A DNA stretch of 64,000 nt. Origin: Nanobdellota archaeon. GTDB taxonomy: Archaea > Nanobdellota > Nanobdellia > Pacearchaeales > GW2011-AR1. Made by a program: the position numbers and the translations under genes. The notes below the pieces were generated by a model, which was not told the DNA's origin, did not search any database, and saw only the letters and a program-made list of their open reading frames with translations. Each line of letters begins with the position of its first letter. Positions within the stretch are counted from its first letter, which is position 1. This document shows, in pieces, positions 18,243 to 28,073 of this stretch. The stretch covers positions 25,945 through 89,944 of the forward strand of contig JANLHM010000009.1 in the NCBI GenBank assembly GCA_024654565.1. The letters are read 5' to 3'.

Positions 18243-18674
18243 ATGGTTAAAATTTTTAAAGCAAAAAAATCAGATTTTCCTGAAATCTTTTTACTCTTTA
18301 AGGAACTTTGGCCGCATAAAAAATTTCTAAAAAAAAGAACTTTTGAAGTTTGGAAAAAAATACTAAGAAAGAAAGATTCTTTTCAATTGGTCTTGAGGGA
18401 AGAAAAAAGTATAATCGGATATTCTGCAGTTGATTTTAGGCAAGATATTGAAGAGAATGGGAGAATAGGTTATCTCACTGAGTTGATTGTCACTAAAAAA
18501 GTCCAAGGAATAGGTTATGGAAGACTATTATTAAATGAAACAATTAGATTAGCAAGAAAAAATGGTTGTAAAGAAATACAATTTCCTTCAACCCCAAAAA
18601 GGAAAAAGGCATGGAAACTTTATTACTCCTTGGGATTTAAAAATACTGCGTCATTTTTTTGGAAAGAAATATAA
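18243..18674 (+). CDS. GNAT-family N-acetyltransferase
   Basis: LIVTKKVQGIGYGRLLLNETIRLARKNG is the acetyl-CoA motif A (Q/RxxGxG/A). Confidence 0.8.
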   Translation: MVKIFKAKKSDFPEIFLLFKELWPHKKFLKKRTFEVWKKILRKKDSFQLVLREEKSIIGYSAVDFRQDIEENGRIGYLTELIVTKKVQGIGYGRLLLNETIRLARKNGCKEIQFPSTPKRKKAWKLYYSLGFKNTASFFWKEI

Positions 18675-18941
18675 TTTATCCCACCTAATTTCTTCTTTCC
18701 TCGACGACAATTTCTCTTTTTTTCGACGAAAAAAAGGCTTTTTAAACTTTTTTATTCTTAAAGCGTCCTCGGAAAAACAGAATAATTTATATACTAAAAT
18801 CTCTCTAAAAAAGTATAAAAAATGAGGTGCAAGTAAGACTTGCGAAATCACAAATGGATGAAAAACTTGAAGACAAAGAGGATTCGGAGTTCATGGATTT
18901 CTTGGAAGGACTGGACGATTAAATTTTTAGGAATTAAATCT

Positions 18942-19856
18942 TTAGGGATTTAATTTTTGAAGAGTTAGTTCATTGTTCTCAAGAGAAAGTTCATTATCTA
19001 GAGTTTCAATTTTTATTTTTATTTTTTCTGTCGTTCTCTCAGGCAACCAGATATTCCGCAGTTCCATATTCATACCCTGTCCTGCCTTTATTTCATCAAA
19101 TTCAAATTCTTTTATTATTCTCTCATCACCATATATCACAACTTTCCCTCCTGAAGAGCTACTTATCCCAATATTTTTAATTGAAAAGTTTAAATCAAGA
19201 TACCTTCCCTGTGCACTTGATGAAACATTACCTAATTTCATGTCAGGTAGAGATGGAAAGCTGTAAATTTCATCTATTTTTTCAATAATCTCATTACCTA
19301 TTGTTTGGGAACAGGAACTAACTGGATAAAGGATGTTATTTTTGTTTTCAGAGTGGTCAAACCCAAGAACATGAAGAAGTTCATGTATTCCAACATTAGG
19401 GTGTTCACAATTTGATTCTCTTAAAAGAAGTATTTTTCCTTCATATATTATATAAAAATTTTCTCCTGAAAGAATCTTTGTTGGACCGCCTTCTCCTGCA
19501 ATAAAGAGGTTATTTCCCGAAGGCCTAACTTCATCATCGCATGAAACCATTATTTCTTCTCCGCTCGTTACAGGATAAAAATCAAGGATGGTCAATTCCC
19601 CCAGCGAATCAAAAGCCCTTTCCATATCCTGCTTTTTTTTAAGAGAGCAACCAGAGTCTATTTTGTAAGAGATGTCCGGATTTTCAAACCTCATATTTTT
19701 ATAGAACTGCATTTCATTTGAAATATTTCCCACACTAAATTCTGGATTTTTATCAACTCCAAAGTCCATTTTTTCAAGTGGAATGAACCAGTAAAAGAAA
19801 AAAAGGAGAATTGCAAATATACTAAATAATCCCACCAAAAAGTCCGTCCATTCCAT
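18942..19856 (-). CDS. membrane-anchored metzincin (matrixin-like) zinc protease
   Basis: HELLHVLGFDHS is the HExxHxxGxxH motif. An N-terminal TM helix FLVGLFSIFAILLFFFYWFI is present. Confidence 0.75.
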   Translation of the reverse strand: MEWTDFLVGLFSIFAILLFFFYWFIPLEKMDFGVDKNPEFSVGNISNEMQFYKNMRFENPDISYKIDSGCSLKKKQDMERAFDSLGELTILDFYPVTSGEEIMVSCDDEVRPSGNNLFIAGEGGPTKILSGENFYIIYEGKILLLRESNCEHPNVGIHELLHVLGFDHSENKNNILYPVSSCSQTIGNEIIEKIDEIYSFPSLPDMKLGNVSSSAQGRYLDLNFSIKNIGISSSSGGKVVIYGDERIIKEFEFDEIKAGQGMNMELRNIWLPERTTEKIKIKIETLDNELSLENNELTLQKLNP

Positions 19857-19949
19857 ATTTAAAGAGAAACACCCAAATTATATAAAACTTCTTCCCCAAA
19901 AACGTTTAAATTTCAAATATTATATAAACTTTTTATTAGTTAAATTAAT

Positions 19950-21095
19950 ATGGAAAAAACAGAAAAAATAAAGTTTCTTAAAATTGACTTTAACTTAAAT
20001 CCAAAAGAAGAAGTTGAAAAAAGAGTGTCTTTCCCTAATTCAGTTGTAACCAGACTTGTTTTCAGAGAAAAGTTTGGGATTTTTCATGAATTTGAGTTTA
20101 AAACTGTCTTTGAGTACCTTGGAAAAAGAGAAGAATTATTGAGTTCTATATTCATTTTTAATGGAAAACCAATTGACGGAAATTTATCTGAATATGTGGT
20201 GTTTGACGGGAATGAAAATGAAATTCCATCTACCGATTACCAAAATTCTTATTATGCCGCAAAGGAGGAATTAAAAAAGATAATTCAGGAAAAAACAAAT
20301 AGTATTTCAAAAGTCCTTTCAAAAAATTTAGAAAAAGAAAAAGAGAAAATAGAAAATTCCTTTGTTTTGGAAACTAAAGTCTTTCAAAAAAAGTTAAAAG
20401 AAATTACAGAAACCCTTATGGAGCATGCAAAAAAAGGGGAAATAGAAAAAATTGCAGAGCAAAAAAAAGAAATTGATTCACTTAAAGAAAAATCCAATTT
20501 TTCAGAACTCGAAAAAGATAAACTCAGAGCAATTCAACTTGAGAATCAAAAGCATATGTTAAACGTTGAAAAAAAACTTGAAAAAGTAACAGTAATATAC
20601 TATCCATCTTACCTTTTCACAGCAGACATTAAAACAGATTTAATAAAAAAATCCTTTACCTTTGAATTTGATCCGATGTCAAAAGAGATAATTGGATTAA
20701 AATGTGAAAATTGTCTTAACAAAATGAGAAAAGTTTTCCTTTGTAATGCTGGTCACTCTGTTTGTGAAAAGTGTTCGTCAACTTGTGAAGCATGTAAAAA
20801 AACATATTGTAAAAAATGTATCAAACACACATGTGAATTGTGTTCAAAAAAGATTTGTAAAGATTGCGCAGTGAGGTGTTTTCGATGTTCAAAACTTCTT
20901 TGTAATGGTCACACAAAAAAGGATAAAATTTCTGGCCACTTATACTGTAACGATTGCATGAAAAAGTGTAAGAGGTGTAGCGAATTAAAAGACCCTTTCC
21001 ACTTTAAGGTGAGTAAGAAGACAAATGAAGAAATATGTGAAGAATGTTTCAGGAGTGAACTCCAAAAAGGAGTTTTAAGGGGAGTTTTTGATTAA
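19950..21095 (+). CDS. coiled-coil protein with a C-terminal array of about five CxxC zinc ribbons
   Basis: The last ~130 aa hold about 10 CxxC pairs (CENC, CEKC, CEAC, CKKC, CELC, CKDC, CFRC, CNDC, CKRC, CEEC). The central part is a Lys/Glu-rich heptad region. Confidence 0.65.
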   Translation: MEKTEKIKFLKIDFNLNPKEEVEKRVSFPNSVVTRLVFREKFGIFHEFEFKTVFEYLGKREELLSSIFIFNGKPIDGNLSEYVVFDGNENEIPSTDYQNSYYAAKEELKKIIQEKTNSISKVLSKNLEKEKEKIENSFVLETKVFQKKLKEITETLMEHAKKGEIEKIAEQKKEIDSLKEKSNFSELEKDKLRAIQLENQKHMLNVEKKLEKVTVIYYPSYLFTADIKTDLIKKSFTFEFDPMSKEIIGLKCENCLNKMRKVFLCNAGHSVCEKCSSTCEACKKTYCKKCIKHTCELCSKKICKDCAVRCFRCSKLLCNGHTKKDKISGHLYCNDCMKKCKRCSELKDPFHFKVSKKTNEEICEECFRSELQKGVLRGVFD

Positions 21096-21105
21096 GAGAA
21101 GAGAA

Positions 21106-22944
21106 TCAACAAAATAATTTTTTCATTTCTTCTGTAATAAAGTTTGTGTGTTTTTTTCCCGAATAAGTAAGGTAAAGAATGTTTTTTGTTCTACTTAAGC
21201 CCACATAAAAAAGGCGCCTTTCTTCATCATTCTTGTCATAAGGATAAAATTTGGTTTTTTCAATTATGGGGTGTTCGCTATGCCTTAATGGAAAGTTTGA
21301 GGGGGTACAACCCAGAATAAACACGACTTGTGCTTCAAGGCCTTTGATCGAGTGAATTGTTGAAAGAATTATTTCCCCCTTCTTTATTGAAACCTCACTT
21401 TTGTTTTCAGTTTTCAAAATGTATTTTATTTGTGCTTTATCGAGAACTTTTGAAAATTCCTGAAGTTCACGGTTTGTTCTTGCAAGAACAAATATTTCTT
21501 CTCGGGGAAATGGGAAAGACAAAATTTCATTTTTAACAAAATCAAACTCTTTTTCTTGAGAATCAAATGAAAAAAGGTTTATTTTGCCTTCACTAGATTT
21601 GAAATGTTCAAGGTCAGGGAAGTTCATGTTTCTTAGAGATTCATTTATTAAATTTATAATTTTTTCAGAACTTCTGTAATTTTTATTTAAATTAATTAAC
21701 TCTGAATTAGGATATTTATTTTGAAAATCAAGAATATACTTTAATTCTGAACCCCTCCACCCAAATATTGACTGCCTTGGGTCCCCAACACAAAATAAAT
21801 TTTCGGGTTTTAATGTTTCAAGAAGTAGAGACTGAATTTTATTTACATCTTGAAATTCATCAACAAGTACATGACTAAATAGGGGAATAAATTTGGGTTG
21901 AACTCTAAAAAAGTTTAGAGCGTCTTTAGTTTGGTCAGCATATGTTCTTAAACCAAAAGCCCTGAAATACCTGTCAATTGACCGAACAATTTTAAACATT
22001 AATTTTGAATTTTCATCCACCCCCCCAAAATACTTTTTTTCAAATTCGTCTATTGTTGTTTCTGAAACTCTGAAGTATTCAAAAAGGTTAAAGCAATCAG
22101 CTACAAAAGCACTTTGAAGTTCATAGGAATTTTTTGGAGATTTTGAATCAAGATTGTAATACTTTTCTATTGCTTCATTTATTGTGGTATGCAACTCTTC
22201 AAGAGATTTTAAAATTGCAACCATTTTATCCTGAAAAGTGGCTATGCGAACCCTTTTTCCATATATTTTTCTTTCGTATTTAAGTAATATTTTTTCAGAA
22301 AAAGAATTGAAAGTCTCAACAACCGCCCTGACTCCAAGGTTCAAAAGACGTTTTTCCATTTCCTCTTTTGCCTTTCTTGTAAAAGTTATTGCAAGTATCT
22401 TATCTCCCTTTACTTTCTTCATCTTAGCTAAAAATTCAATTCTTTTTGTTAAAACAGTTGTTTTTCCTGAACCAGCTCCTGCAATGCAAATAATTTCTTT
22501 TGAGGGGGAAGTAATTGCTTTTCCTTGTTCAGGACTAAAATTTTCTAAAAAGTCCTTCATATGTTTAAAAAATTTTAAATCTTCTTCATCATACTCTTTT
22601 TTTATTTGAATTTCTTTAGTTTTACCTAATTCTTTTTTTCCTTCTTCAGAGATTGTCAAAACTTCTACACTTTTATTTAAAACAGATGAAGAAACACAAA
22701 TTAATTTTTTTTTAATTAGATTTTCAATTGTTTTTTCAATTTCTTTTCTTTCAAGGAATTTCAAAATTCCAAAACTCGAATACTCAAAAAGTTTGTTTTT
22801 CTCAATAAACAAATCATTTTCCGTCCCCATTAAAAATTCAATAAAAACTTGCTCCCAAATGGGAAAAGGCATTTCATTTAAGCCTTCTAAAATAAATTCG
22901 TCATCCTTTGAACCGTCCCTTTTATATTCCGGAATTTCAACCAT
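21106..22944 (-). CDS. UvrD/Rep-family SF1 helicase with N-terminal wHTH-like extension
   Basis: AGAGSGKTTVL (motif I), LVDEFQDVN (II), GDPRQSIFGWRG (III), NYRS (IV), TIHSIKGLEA (V) and YVGLSRTK (VI). Confidence 0.85.
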   Translation of the reverse strand: MVEIPEYKRDGSKDDEFILEGLNEMPFPIWEQVFIEFLMGTENDLFIEKNKLFEYSSFGILKFLERKEIEKTIENLIKKKLICVSSSVLNKSVEVLTISEEGKKELGKTKEIQIKKEYDEEDLKFFKHMKDFLENFSPEQGKAITSPSKEIICIAGAGSGKTTVLTKRIEFLAKMKKVKGDKILAITFTRKAKEEMEKRLLNLGVRAVVETFNSFSEKILLKYERKIYGKRVRIATFQDKMVAILKSLEELHTTINEAIEKYYNLDSKSPKNSYELQSAFVADCFNLFEYFRVSETTIDEFEKKYFGGVDENSKLMFKIVRSIDRYFRAFGLRTYADQTKDALNFFRVQPKFIPLFSHVLVDEFQDVNKIQSLLLETLKPENLFCVGDPRQSIFGWRGSELKYILDFQNKYPNSELINLNKNYRSSEKIINLINESLRNMNFPDLEHFKSSEGKINLFSFDSQEKEFDFVKNEILSFPFPREEIFVLARTNRELQEFSKVLDKAQIKYILKTENKSEVSIKKGEIILSTIHSIKGLEAQVVFILGCTPSNFPLRHSEHPIIEKTKFYPYDKNDEERRLFYVGLSRTKNILYLTYSGKKHTNFITEEMKKLFC

Positions 22945-23023
22945 TAAAACTTAAGAAAAAATTTCTTTATATTGTTAACTTTTTAAGTAATAAGTCACTA
23001 ATTAGTAATAACAAACGGAAAGG

Positions 23024-23032
23024 TTTATATAT
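23024..23032 (+). promoter_or_regulatory. TATA-box-like element for the 23053 gene
   Basis: tttatatat lies 21 nt upstream of the ATG. Confidence 0.45.
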
Positions 23033-23052
23033 CCTAAACTTCTCTTGTTTCT

Positions 23053-23745
23053 ATGAATTTGGAAGGATATTTACCTCAAAATAGAATTGGAAGAGAAATA
23101 TACAAAAAAGTCCTTAGTGGAGAAGAGATTACTCCAGTTGAAGCCGGTTTAATTGGAAGAGAAGGAGATACCAAGGTAAAAAAACAAAGAGATTATCCAT
23201 ACAAATATGCTTTTCTAAAAAGTGACTTAATCGGAGCTAATGGCAACCATTCTAAGGTTTTTTCACTTGCTTCAAAAAATCTTGATCTTGTCGCAAAATT
23301 TCCAAAAGAAGGAAATTGGTGGAAAGTTGAAAGGGGAAGTATCATGCAATCAATGGCTTATGAAAAAGGGGTCGATGTTGCAAAACCAAAAGGATTGTAC
23401 AAAATATTCAATTTAGATACTAAAACTTTTTACTCTGGATTTGTGATGGAACATTTAGGAATGCTCCCCATAAATGAAATAAGAAGTTTAAAGGAAATGG
23501 TTTGTGATGAGAAAAAAAATTTTAACTTTGACGCTAAAGAACTACTTGATAAATTAAAATCTTCTTGTATGGGGCTTTGTGAATTGCATGAAAAAGCTCT
23601 TAAAGGTTACGAAAAAGCAAAGCAAAAAGCTGAATTAATAGGTTTTTCGAATATTGATTACAGGGAAACTAATGCTTTTTGGGTTCCAAGTAAAGATAAG
23701 GTAGTGATGATTGATTGCGATGAATGGGAATACGACGGTGATTAA
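23053..23745 (+). CDS. hypothetical protein, possibly protein-kinase-like fold; paralog of 58167..58799
   Basis: Blocks shared with 58167..58799: L.GEEI...EA...G, P(Y/F)KY, a G-rich LIGANGNHSKVFSL then VAKF (G-loop plus Lys-like), V.KPKGLYKIFN...FVMEH (hinge-like), and VMIDCDEW (DFG-position-like). The fold call is inference. Confidence 0.45.
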   Translation: MNLEGYLPQNRIGREIYKKVLSGEEITPVEAGLIGREGDTKVKKQRDYPYKYAFLKSDLIGANGNHSKVFSLASKNLDLVAKFPKEGNWWKVERGSIMQSMAYEKGVDVAKPKGLYKIFNLDTKTFYSGFVMEHLGMLPINEIRSLKEMVCDEKKNFNFDAKELLDKLKSSCMGLCELHEKALKGYEKAKQKAELIGFSNIDYRETNAFWVPSKDKVVMIDCDEWEYDGD

Positions 23746-23749
23746 AACT

Positions 23750-24049
23750 TTATTTTTTATTTATTTCCTTAAAAACAATATATCCCAAAACAAGTGGGAC
23801 TAAAGTCAATAAAAACCCAATTGTCAAAGTAAGGAATTCTGGAACATTAATTAAAGTTAAAATTTGAATACTCAAAAATTCTGTTGCCATAATCGGATTT
23901 AAAAGATATTCTTCACGAAGGCCTTTAGATAAAAGGTTTATTGCAAGAACTCCCACAAAATAACAAATAAGTGAATAGAAGATTTCAGATTTCTCAACTC
24001 TGAAGGTTTTTTCTTTCAATGTTTTTTGTTTAATTGATTTTTTTTTCAT
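23750..24049 (-). CDS. small membrane protein (99 aa)
   Basis: Three hydrophobic helices. Starts 2 nt after the VIT1 stop. Confidence 0.5.
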   Translation of the reverse strand: MKKKSIKQKTLKEKTFRVEKSEIFYSLICYFVGVLAINLLSKGLREEYLLNPIMATEFLSIQILTLINVPEFLTLTIGFLLTLVPLVLGYIVFKEINKK

Positions 24050-24050
24050 T

Positions 24051-24665
24051 TTAAACTAATTTTGACAAAAGCTCTCCAACAAAGTATGCGGCAACAGCTG
24101 CAACACCCCCCACTAAAAGAGTTTCAAAGCCCGATTTAAACCAATGTTTGTTTGTCACTTTTGACTTCATAATTCCAAGAACAAAAAGGGAAATTCCCGA
24201 AAGAATTGAAGCAATAAGAAAGGAGTGAGAGATGTATGAATTTAAAAATGCTCCCACAACAAAGATTAAAAGGGGGACAAATCCAAAAGTCAAAAATGAT
24301 GAGAATGTAACAAGGGCATTTTTTTCAGGTCTTGCTTTATCAAAAACAAGTTCAAGTTCATCATTAAGCATAATCCCTTTTTTATATTTTTTATTTTTTG
24401 CAATTAAAGCCAAAACTTTTTTCGCATCTTTCTTGTAGTATTCACCTTGCGACTTTGTTGAAAGGTAATCCCCAACCGCCATGGAGATGCCGTCTGCAAT
24501 AAGATTGGCAAACCCCAATATAAGTATTACTGAAGAGGAAAGTCCTGCCCCCACAACCCCTGCAACAATTGCAAAAGTAGTAATAATCCCGTCAAGACCC
24601 CCGTAAACCCCACTTTTCAAATATTTTCCTTTTGAAAAAACCTTTTTTTCTAACCCCTTTTTCAT
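24051..24665 (-). CDS. VIT1/CCC1-family iron/manganese transporter
   Basis: YGGLDGIITTFAIVAGVVGAGLS and ANLIADGISMAVGDYLS are typical PF01988 blocks. Confidence 0.8.
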   Translation of the reverse strand: MKKGLEKKVFSKGKYLKSGVYGGLDGIITTFAIVAGVVGAGLSSSVILILGFANLIADGISMAVGDYLSTKSQGEYYKKDAKKVLALIAKNKKYKKGIMLNDELELVFDKARPEKNALVTFSSFLTFGFVPLLIFVVGAFLNSYISHSFLIASILSGISLFVLGIMKSKVTNKHWFKSGFETLLVGGVAAVAAYFVGELLSKLV

Positions 24666-24762
24666 AATGAATAAATAGAATTTATTGTTTTTAATGCTTG
24701 CGAACGGAAAAAGAAGGGTTTTCGATATCTTAATAAATACATTTTCCTTAATATTTGAACAA

Positions 24763-24769
24763 GGAGGTG
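24763..24769 (+). promoter_or_regulatory. Shine-Dalgarno-like GGAGGTG
   Basis: ggaggtg lies 6 nt upstream of the ATG at 24776. This is one of few clear SD sites in a window dominated by leaderless-type layouts. Confidence 0.5.
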
Positions 24770-24775
24770 TGTATT

Positions 24776-24967
24776 ATGAAAAATAGCGTTTTAGAAGTCA
24801 TTGCTCTAGTTCTTGTTCTCATTGGGGGAATAAACTGGGGCCTTGTTGGTGCATTCGGATTTAATGTTGTTGATGCAGTATTTGGCGCTGGAAGCATTGT
24901 CTCCTCGATCATATACCTTTTAGTTGGAATATCAGCAATTTTTGGAGCATTTAGTTTTTTTCAATAA
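24776..24967 (+). CDS. DUF378-family small membrane protein
   Basis: LIGGINWGLVGAFGFNVV is the DUF378 signature. The ATG at 24776 with an SD is preferred over the track TTG at 24755. Confidence 0.7.
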   Translation: MKNSVLEVIALVLVLIGGINWGLVGAFGFNVVDAVFGAGSIVSSIIYLLVGISAIFGAFSFFQ

Positions 24968-25054
24968 AAAAAATTAAGCTCTTTTTTTCTTTTATTTTTT
25001 TATTTTCTCCTTTAGAAACACAAATTATATAAAGGGGGAACCTTAAATTTTTTT

Positions 25055-26314
25055 ATGAAGAAAACCTCCCTAGTCACCCTTATGACTTTACTTTTTGCAG
25101 TTCCTAATCCCCAATTTAGAAATTTTGAAGGAGAAAAAAATTTACCCATCCAAAATTTGAGTAAAGAGAGTTTAAGAAACCATTATTTTTCAACAAATTA
25201 CCTTTCAAAATTCAATTTGTCAGAGAATTTCACTCTTGAAAAAGGAAAGGAAGTGGTTTTAAACATTCCAAAAAGGTCACTTCTGAATCTTGATGACTAC
25301 CTCTTAAATTTAAACTCAGACTCCTTGAAAAGTGTTACTTACCCCTCTGAAAAACCAGTTATTTTTTCAAAATTTTCTTACATCCTTAACGAAACAGATC
25401 AAACAAGCAAAGTTAAAATTATGTTGGACTCAAATTCAGTATTAAACGTTACAACCGACTTTTCCAAAGTAAGAAATGGCCCTTTTCTTGCAACTCCCGA
25501 AAATGAAGAACTTAAGGTTAGAAGTTTTTATGGAGTTCACAATGTAATTCCCATGAAAGTTTTGCTAAAAAAAGGAGAAGTAGTCCAAGATGAAATAGAA
25601 TTTATTGATGAAGAACACTATTCCCCCTATTTTGTTTCTAAAAAACTCGCAAACAAAGATTCACTCAACTCTGAAGATGTAAAAAAAATTTTGGACTCCT
25701 ACGAAAACATCTATGGGGATTACTTTAAGGTAAATTATAAAGCACTCGTGTGTACCGATGCTGCAACTTTGATATTAAAAACTGTCGGAATAAATCTCGA
25801 GGAAGAACTTGATAGAAATAAGGTTTATGGTAATAGTTACAGACAAAAAAATGTGTCCGTAATAAAAAATTATGTTAATAAAATGGACCCCCATAAAATT
25901 CATCTCTTTAAAGAAGGAAATCTTCAAAATATTTTAAGGTATGGGGAATATTCGGATCTAATTCCGGAGAATTTTGGGATAAAAAATTTTTCTCCGGGAC
26001 AGATACTTCTTTTCACAAGGTTTTATAGCACAGGACCAAATAAAGGAAGAATACAAAGAGAAGATGTACATTTTGGAGTGGTTTATGAAGTAAATGAAAA
26101 AGGAAATAAAATAATTGAGTCATCGATGGTTAGTTCGCGAAAAGGTGAGCCCCCATACGACAAACTTATTCAGCTTACAACTCTTGATTTTGAAGATTGG
26201 TACAAATCAAGAAGTAATTACAACGGTTCAGATGAAACAAATGAATCATTAACTTATAGGGTATACGGAGTAATAGATTGGATTGATGCAATAAACAAAA
26301 TTATCAAGAACTAG
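25055..26314 (+). CDS. secreted hypothetical protein (419 aa)
   Basis: Signal peptide MKKTSLVTLMTLLFAV. An attatataaa box lies about 25 nt upstream. Confidence 0.6.
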   Translation: MKKTSLVTLMTLLFAVPNPQFRNFEGEKNLPIQNLSKESLRNHYFSTNYLSKFNLSENFTLEKGKEVVLNIPKRSLLNLDDYLLNLNSDSLKSVTYPSEKPVIFSKFSYILNETDQTSKVKIMLDSNSVLNVTTDFSKVRNGPFLATPENEELKVRSFYGVHNVIPMKVLLKKGEVVQDEIEFIDEEHYSPYFVSKKLANKDSLNSEDVKKILDSYENIYGDYFKVNYKALVCTDAATLILKTVGINLEEELDRNKVYGNSYRQKNVSVIKNYVNKMDPHKIHLFKEGNLQNILRYGEYSDLIPENFGIKNFSPGQILLFTRFYSTGPNKGRIQREDVHFGVVYEVNEKGNKIIESSMVSSRKGEPPYDKLIQLTTLDFEDWYKSRSNYNGSDETNESLTYRVYGVIDWIDAINKIIKN

Positions 26315-26374
26315 GAAATTTCCAAAAAATTCCAAATAATTAAAACCTAACTTTCAAAAAACTTTTTTGAAATT

Positions 26375-26530
26375 TCACTTCTTTTTTTTAATGCCGGAAA
26401 AACTTTGCTCGGCAAAAAACAACAAGGCAATAATTGCTATAATTGCAGATATCCAAGGGTCCCACATAGCTGAGACAAGGACAGCAATTGCAGCAACAGA
26501 AGCAAAGATTCCCTCTTCTTTTCGGTCCAT
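26375..26530 (-). CDS. possible small membrane protein (51 aa)
   Basis: Hand translation: MDRKEEGIFASVAAIAVLVSAMWDPWISAIIAIIALLFFAEQSFSGIKKKK. Below the track cutoff. Confidence 0.3.
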   Translation of the reverse strand: MDRKEEGIFASVAAIAVLVSAMWDPWISAIIAIIALLFFAEQSFSGIKKKK

Positions 26531-26693
26531 TACCATAATGTAATTATGGATTTTGACTATAAAAAGGTATTTGAGTGCTCTTAAAAATTTGAAAATATGT
26601 TAAAACAAGCTTTATAAACCAAGTTCAAGACATATAATAGGTAGTTAATTGATTCTAAAAATTAATTGATGACAAAAAGACATAAATGGAATT

Positions 26694-28073
26694 ATGAAAA
26701 AAATGGAAAAATTTAGAAAACTCGGATTAAGTGAAAATGTGATTGACATACTGAGAAGTATGGGTTTTGAAAATCCGTCTGAGATTCAGGAAAAAGCAAT
26801 CCCTTTTGCTTTAGAAGGGCGTAATATTCTAGGTACTTCAATGACTGGGAGTGGAAAAACTCTCGCATTTTCTTCAGCAATTATTGAAAGAATTGTTCCT
26901 GAAAAAATAATTAAAGCACTTGTTTTAGTTCCAACAAGAGAACTCGCTGAACAAGTTTCAGAAGCAATAAAAAAGTTTTCAAAAGGAAATTTAAAAGTGA
27001 TTGCGGTCTATGGAGGGGTAAACATTCAAAATCAAATGAGGCAAATGAGGGGAACTGATGTACTTGTCGGGACACCCGGGAGAATACTTGACCACCTGAA
27101 TAGACAGGTGTTAAGACTAAATAAAGTTGAGATACTCGTTTTAGATGAATTTGACCGAATGCTTGACATGGGTTTTGCCCATGATGTGGGAAAAATAATT
27201 GATTCCTGTCCAAAGGAAAGACAAACCATGCTTTTTTCTGCGACAAACTCGCCAGACATTGACCACCTTGTAAAAAGATACATGCCCAACTCTGTTAATG
27301 TATCAGTTGAGTCTTATGTTGACCACTCAAAATTGGAGCAAGTTTATTATGATGTTCCAGATTCACTAAAGTTCCCACTTTTAGTAAATCTACTAAAAGA
27401 AGAAAGCTCACACTTAGTTATGATTTTCTGTTCAACAAGGAGAAATGCGGATTTTGTTGTTGCAAATTTGAATAACATAGGAATTAACGCAAAAGCAATT
27501 CACGGAGGACTTGATCAGAAAAAAAGGATTAATGTTTTAAATGAATTTCATGAAAACAAAGGCCTAAACATTTTAGTTTGTACTGACATTGCTGCACGGG
27601 GGCTTGACATTAAAGGGGTGACCCACATATACAATTATGACTTACCTGCAGTTTCAAAAGACTACATACATAGAATAGGAAGAACTGCAAGGGCAGGTAA
27701 AGAAGGTAAAGCGGTGAACATACTCTCTCAAAGAGATTATGACAACTTCTCAAACATCACAAAGCGTGAAGAAGTTGACATAAAAGAAGTAAAACTCCCA
27801 TTTTTAGAAAGAATTGAATTAATAAAACCAAAAAGGAACTTTGGAGGAAGAAGTTCTGGGGGGGGAGATTTTGGTAGAAGAAGCCCTGTAAGAAGAAGTT
27901 CAGGGGGAAAGAGCCCCGTAAGAAGAAGTCCCAGAAGAAATTCCTCAAGAGAGGATAATTTTGGGAGAAGGGGTTCTAGAAGTGCTCCAAGAAGTAGTGG
28001 GAGAGGTAGTTCGGGAAGAAGTCAAGGAAGAAGTTTTGGAAGAAGACGAAACTTTGACTCTATTAGAAGTTAA
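26694..28073 (+). CDS. DEAD-box RNA helicase with Arg/Ser/Gly-rich C-terminal tail
   Basis: Q-motif FENPSEIQ, then SMTGSGKT, PTRELA, TPGR, DEFD (DEAD variant), SAT, ARGLD and HRIGRTARAG. The last ~85 aa are RRSPVRRSSGGKSPVRRSPRR...GRGSSGRSQGRSFGRRR. Confidence 0.9.
   Translation: MKKMEKFRKLGLSENVIDILRSMGFENPSEIQEKAIPFALEGRNILGTSMTGSGKTLAFSSAIIERIVPEKIIKALVLVPTRELAEQVSEAIKKFSKGNLKVIAVYGGVNIQNQMRQMRGTDVLVGTPGRILDHLNRQVLRLNKVEILVLDEFDRMLDMGFAHDVGKIIDSCPKERQTMLFSATNSPDIDHLVKRYMPNSVNVSVESYVDHSKLEQVYYDVPDSLKFPLLVNLLKEESSHLVMIFCSTRRNADFVVANLNNIGINAKAIHGGLDQKKRINVLNEFHENKGLNILVCTDIAARGLDIKGVTHIYNYDLPAVSKDYIHRIGRTARAGKEGKAVNILSQRDYDNFSNITKREEVDIKEVKLPFLERIELIKPKRNFGGRSSGGGDFGRRSPVRRSSGGKSPVRRSPRRNSSREDNFGRRGSRSAPRSSGRGSSGRSQGRSFGRRRNFDSIRS

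Noticed and set aside
18562-18851. Two overlapping opposite-strand ORFs (87 aa and 66 aa)
   Set aside because: The first starts inside the GNAT gene in another frame. Both are Phe/Lys/Arg-rich products of an A/T homopolymer-rich spacer. Neither looks like a real protein.
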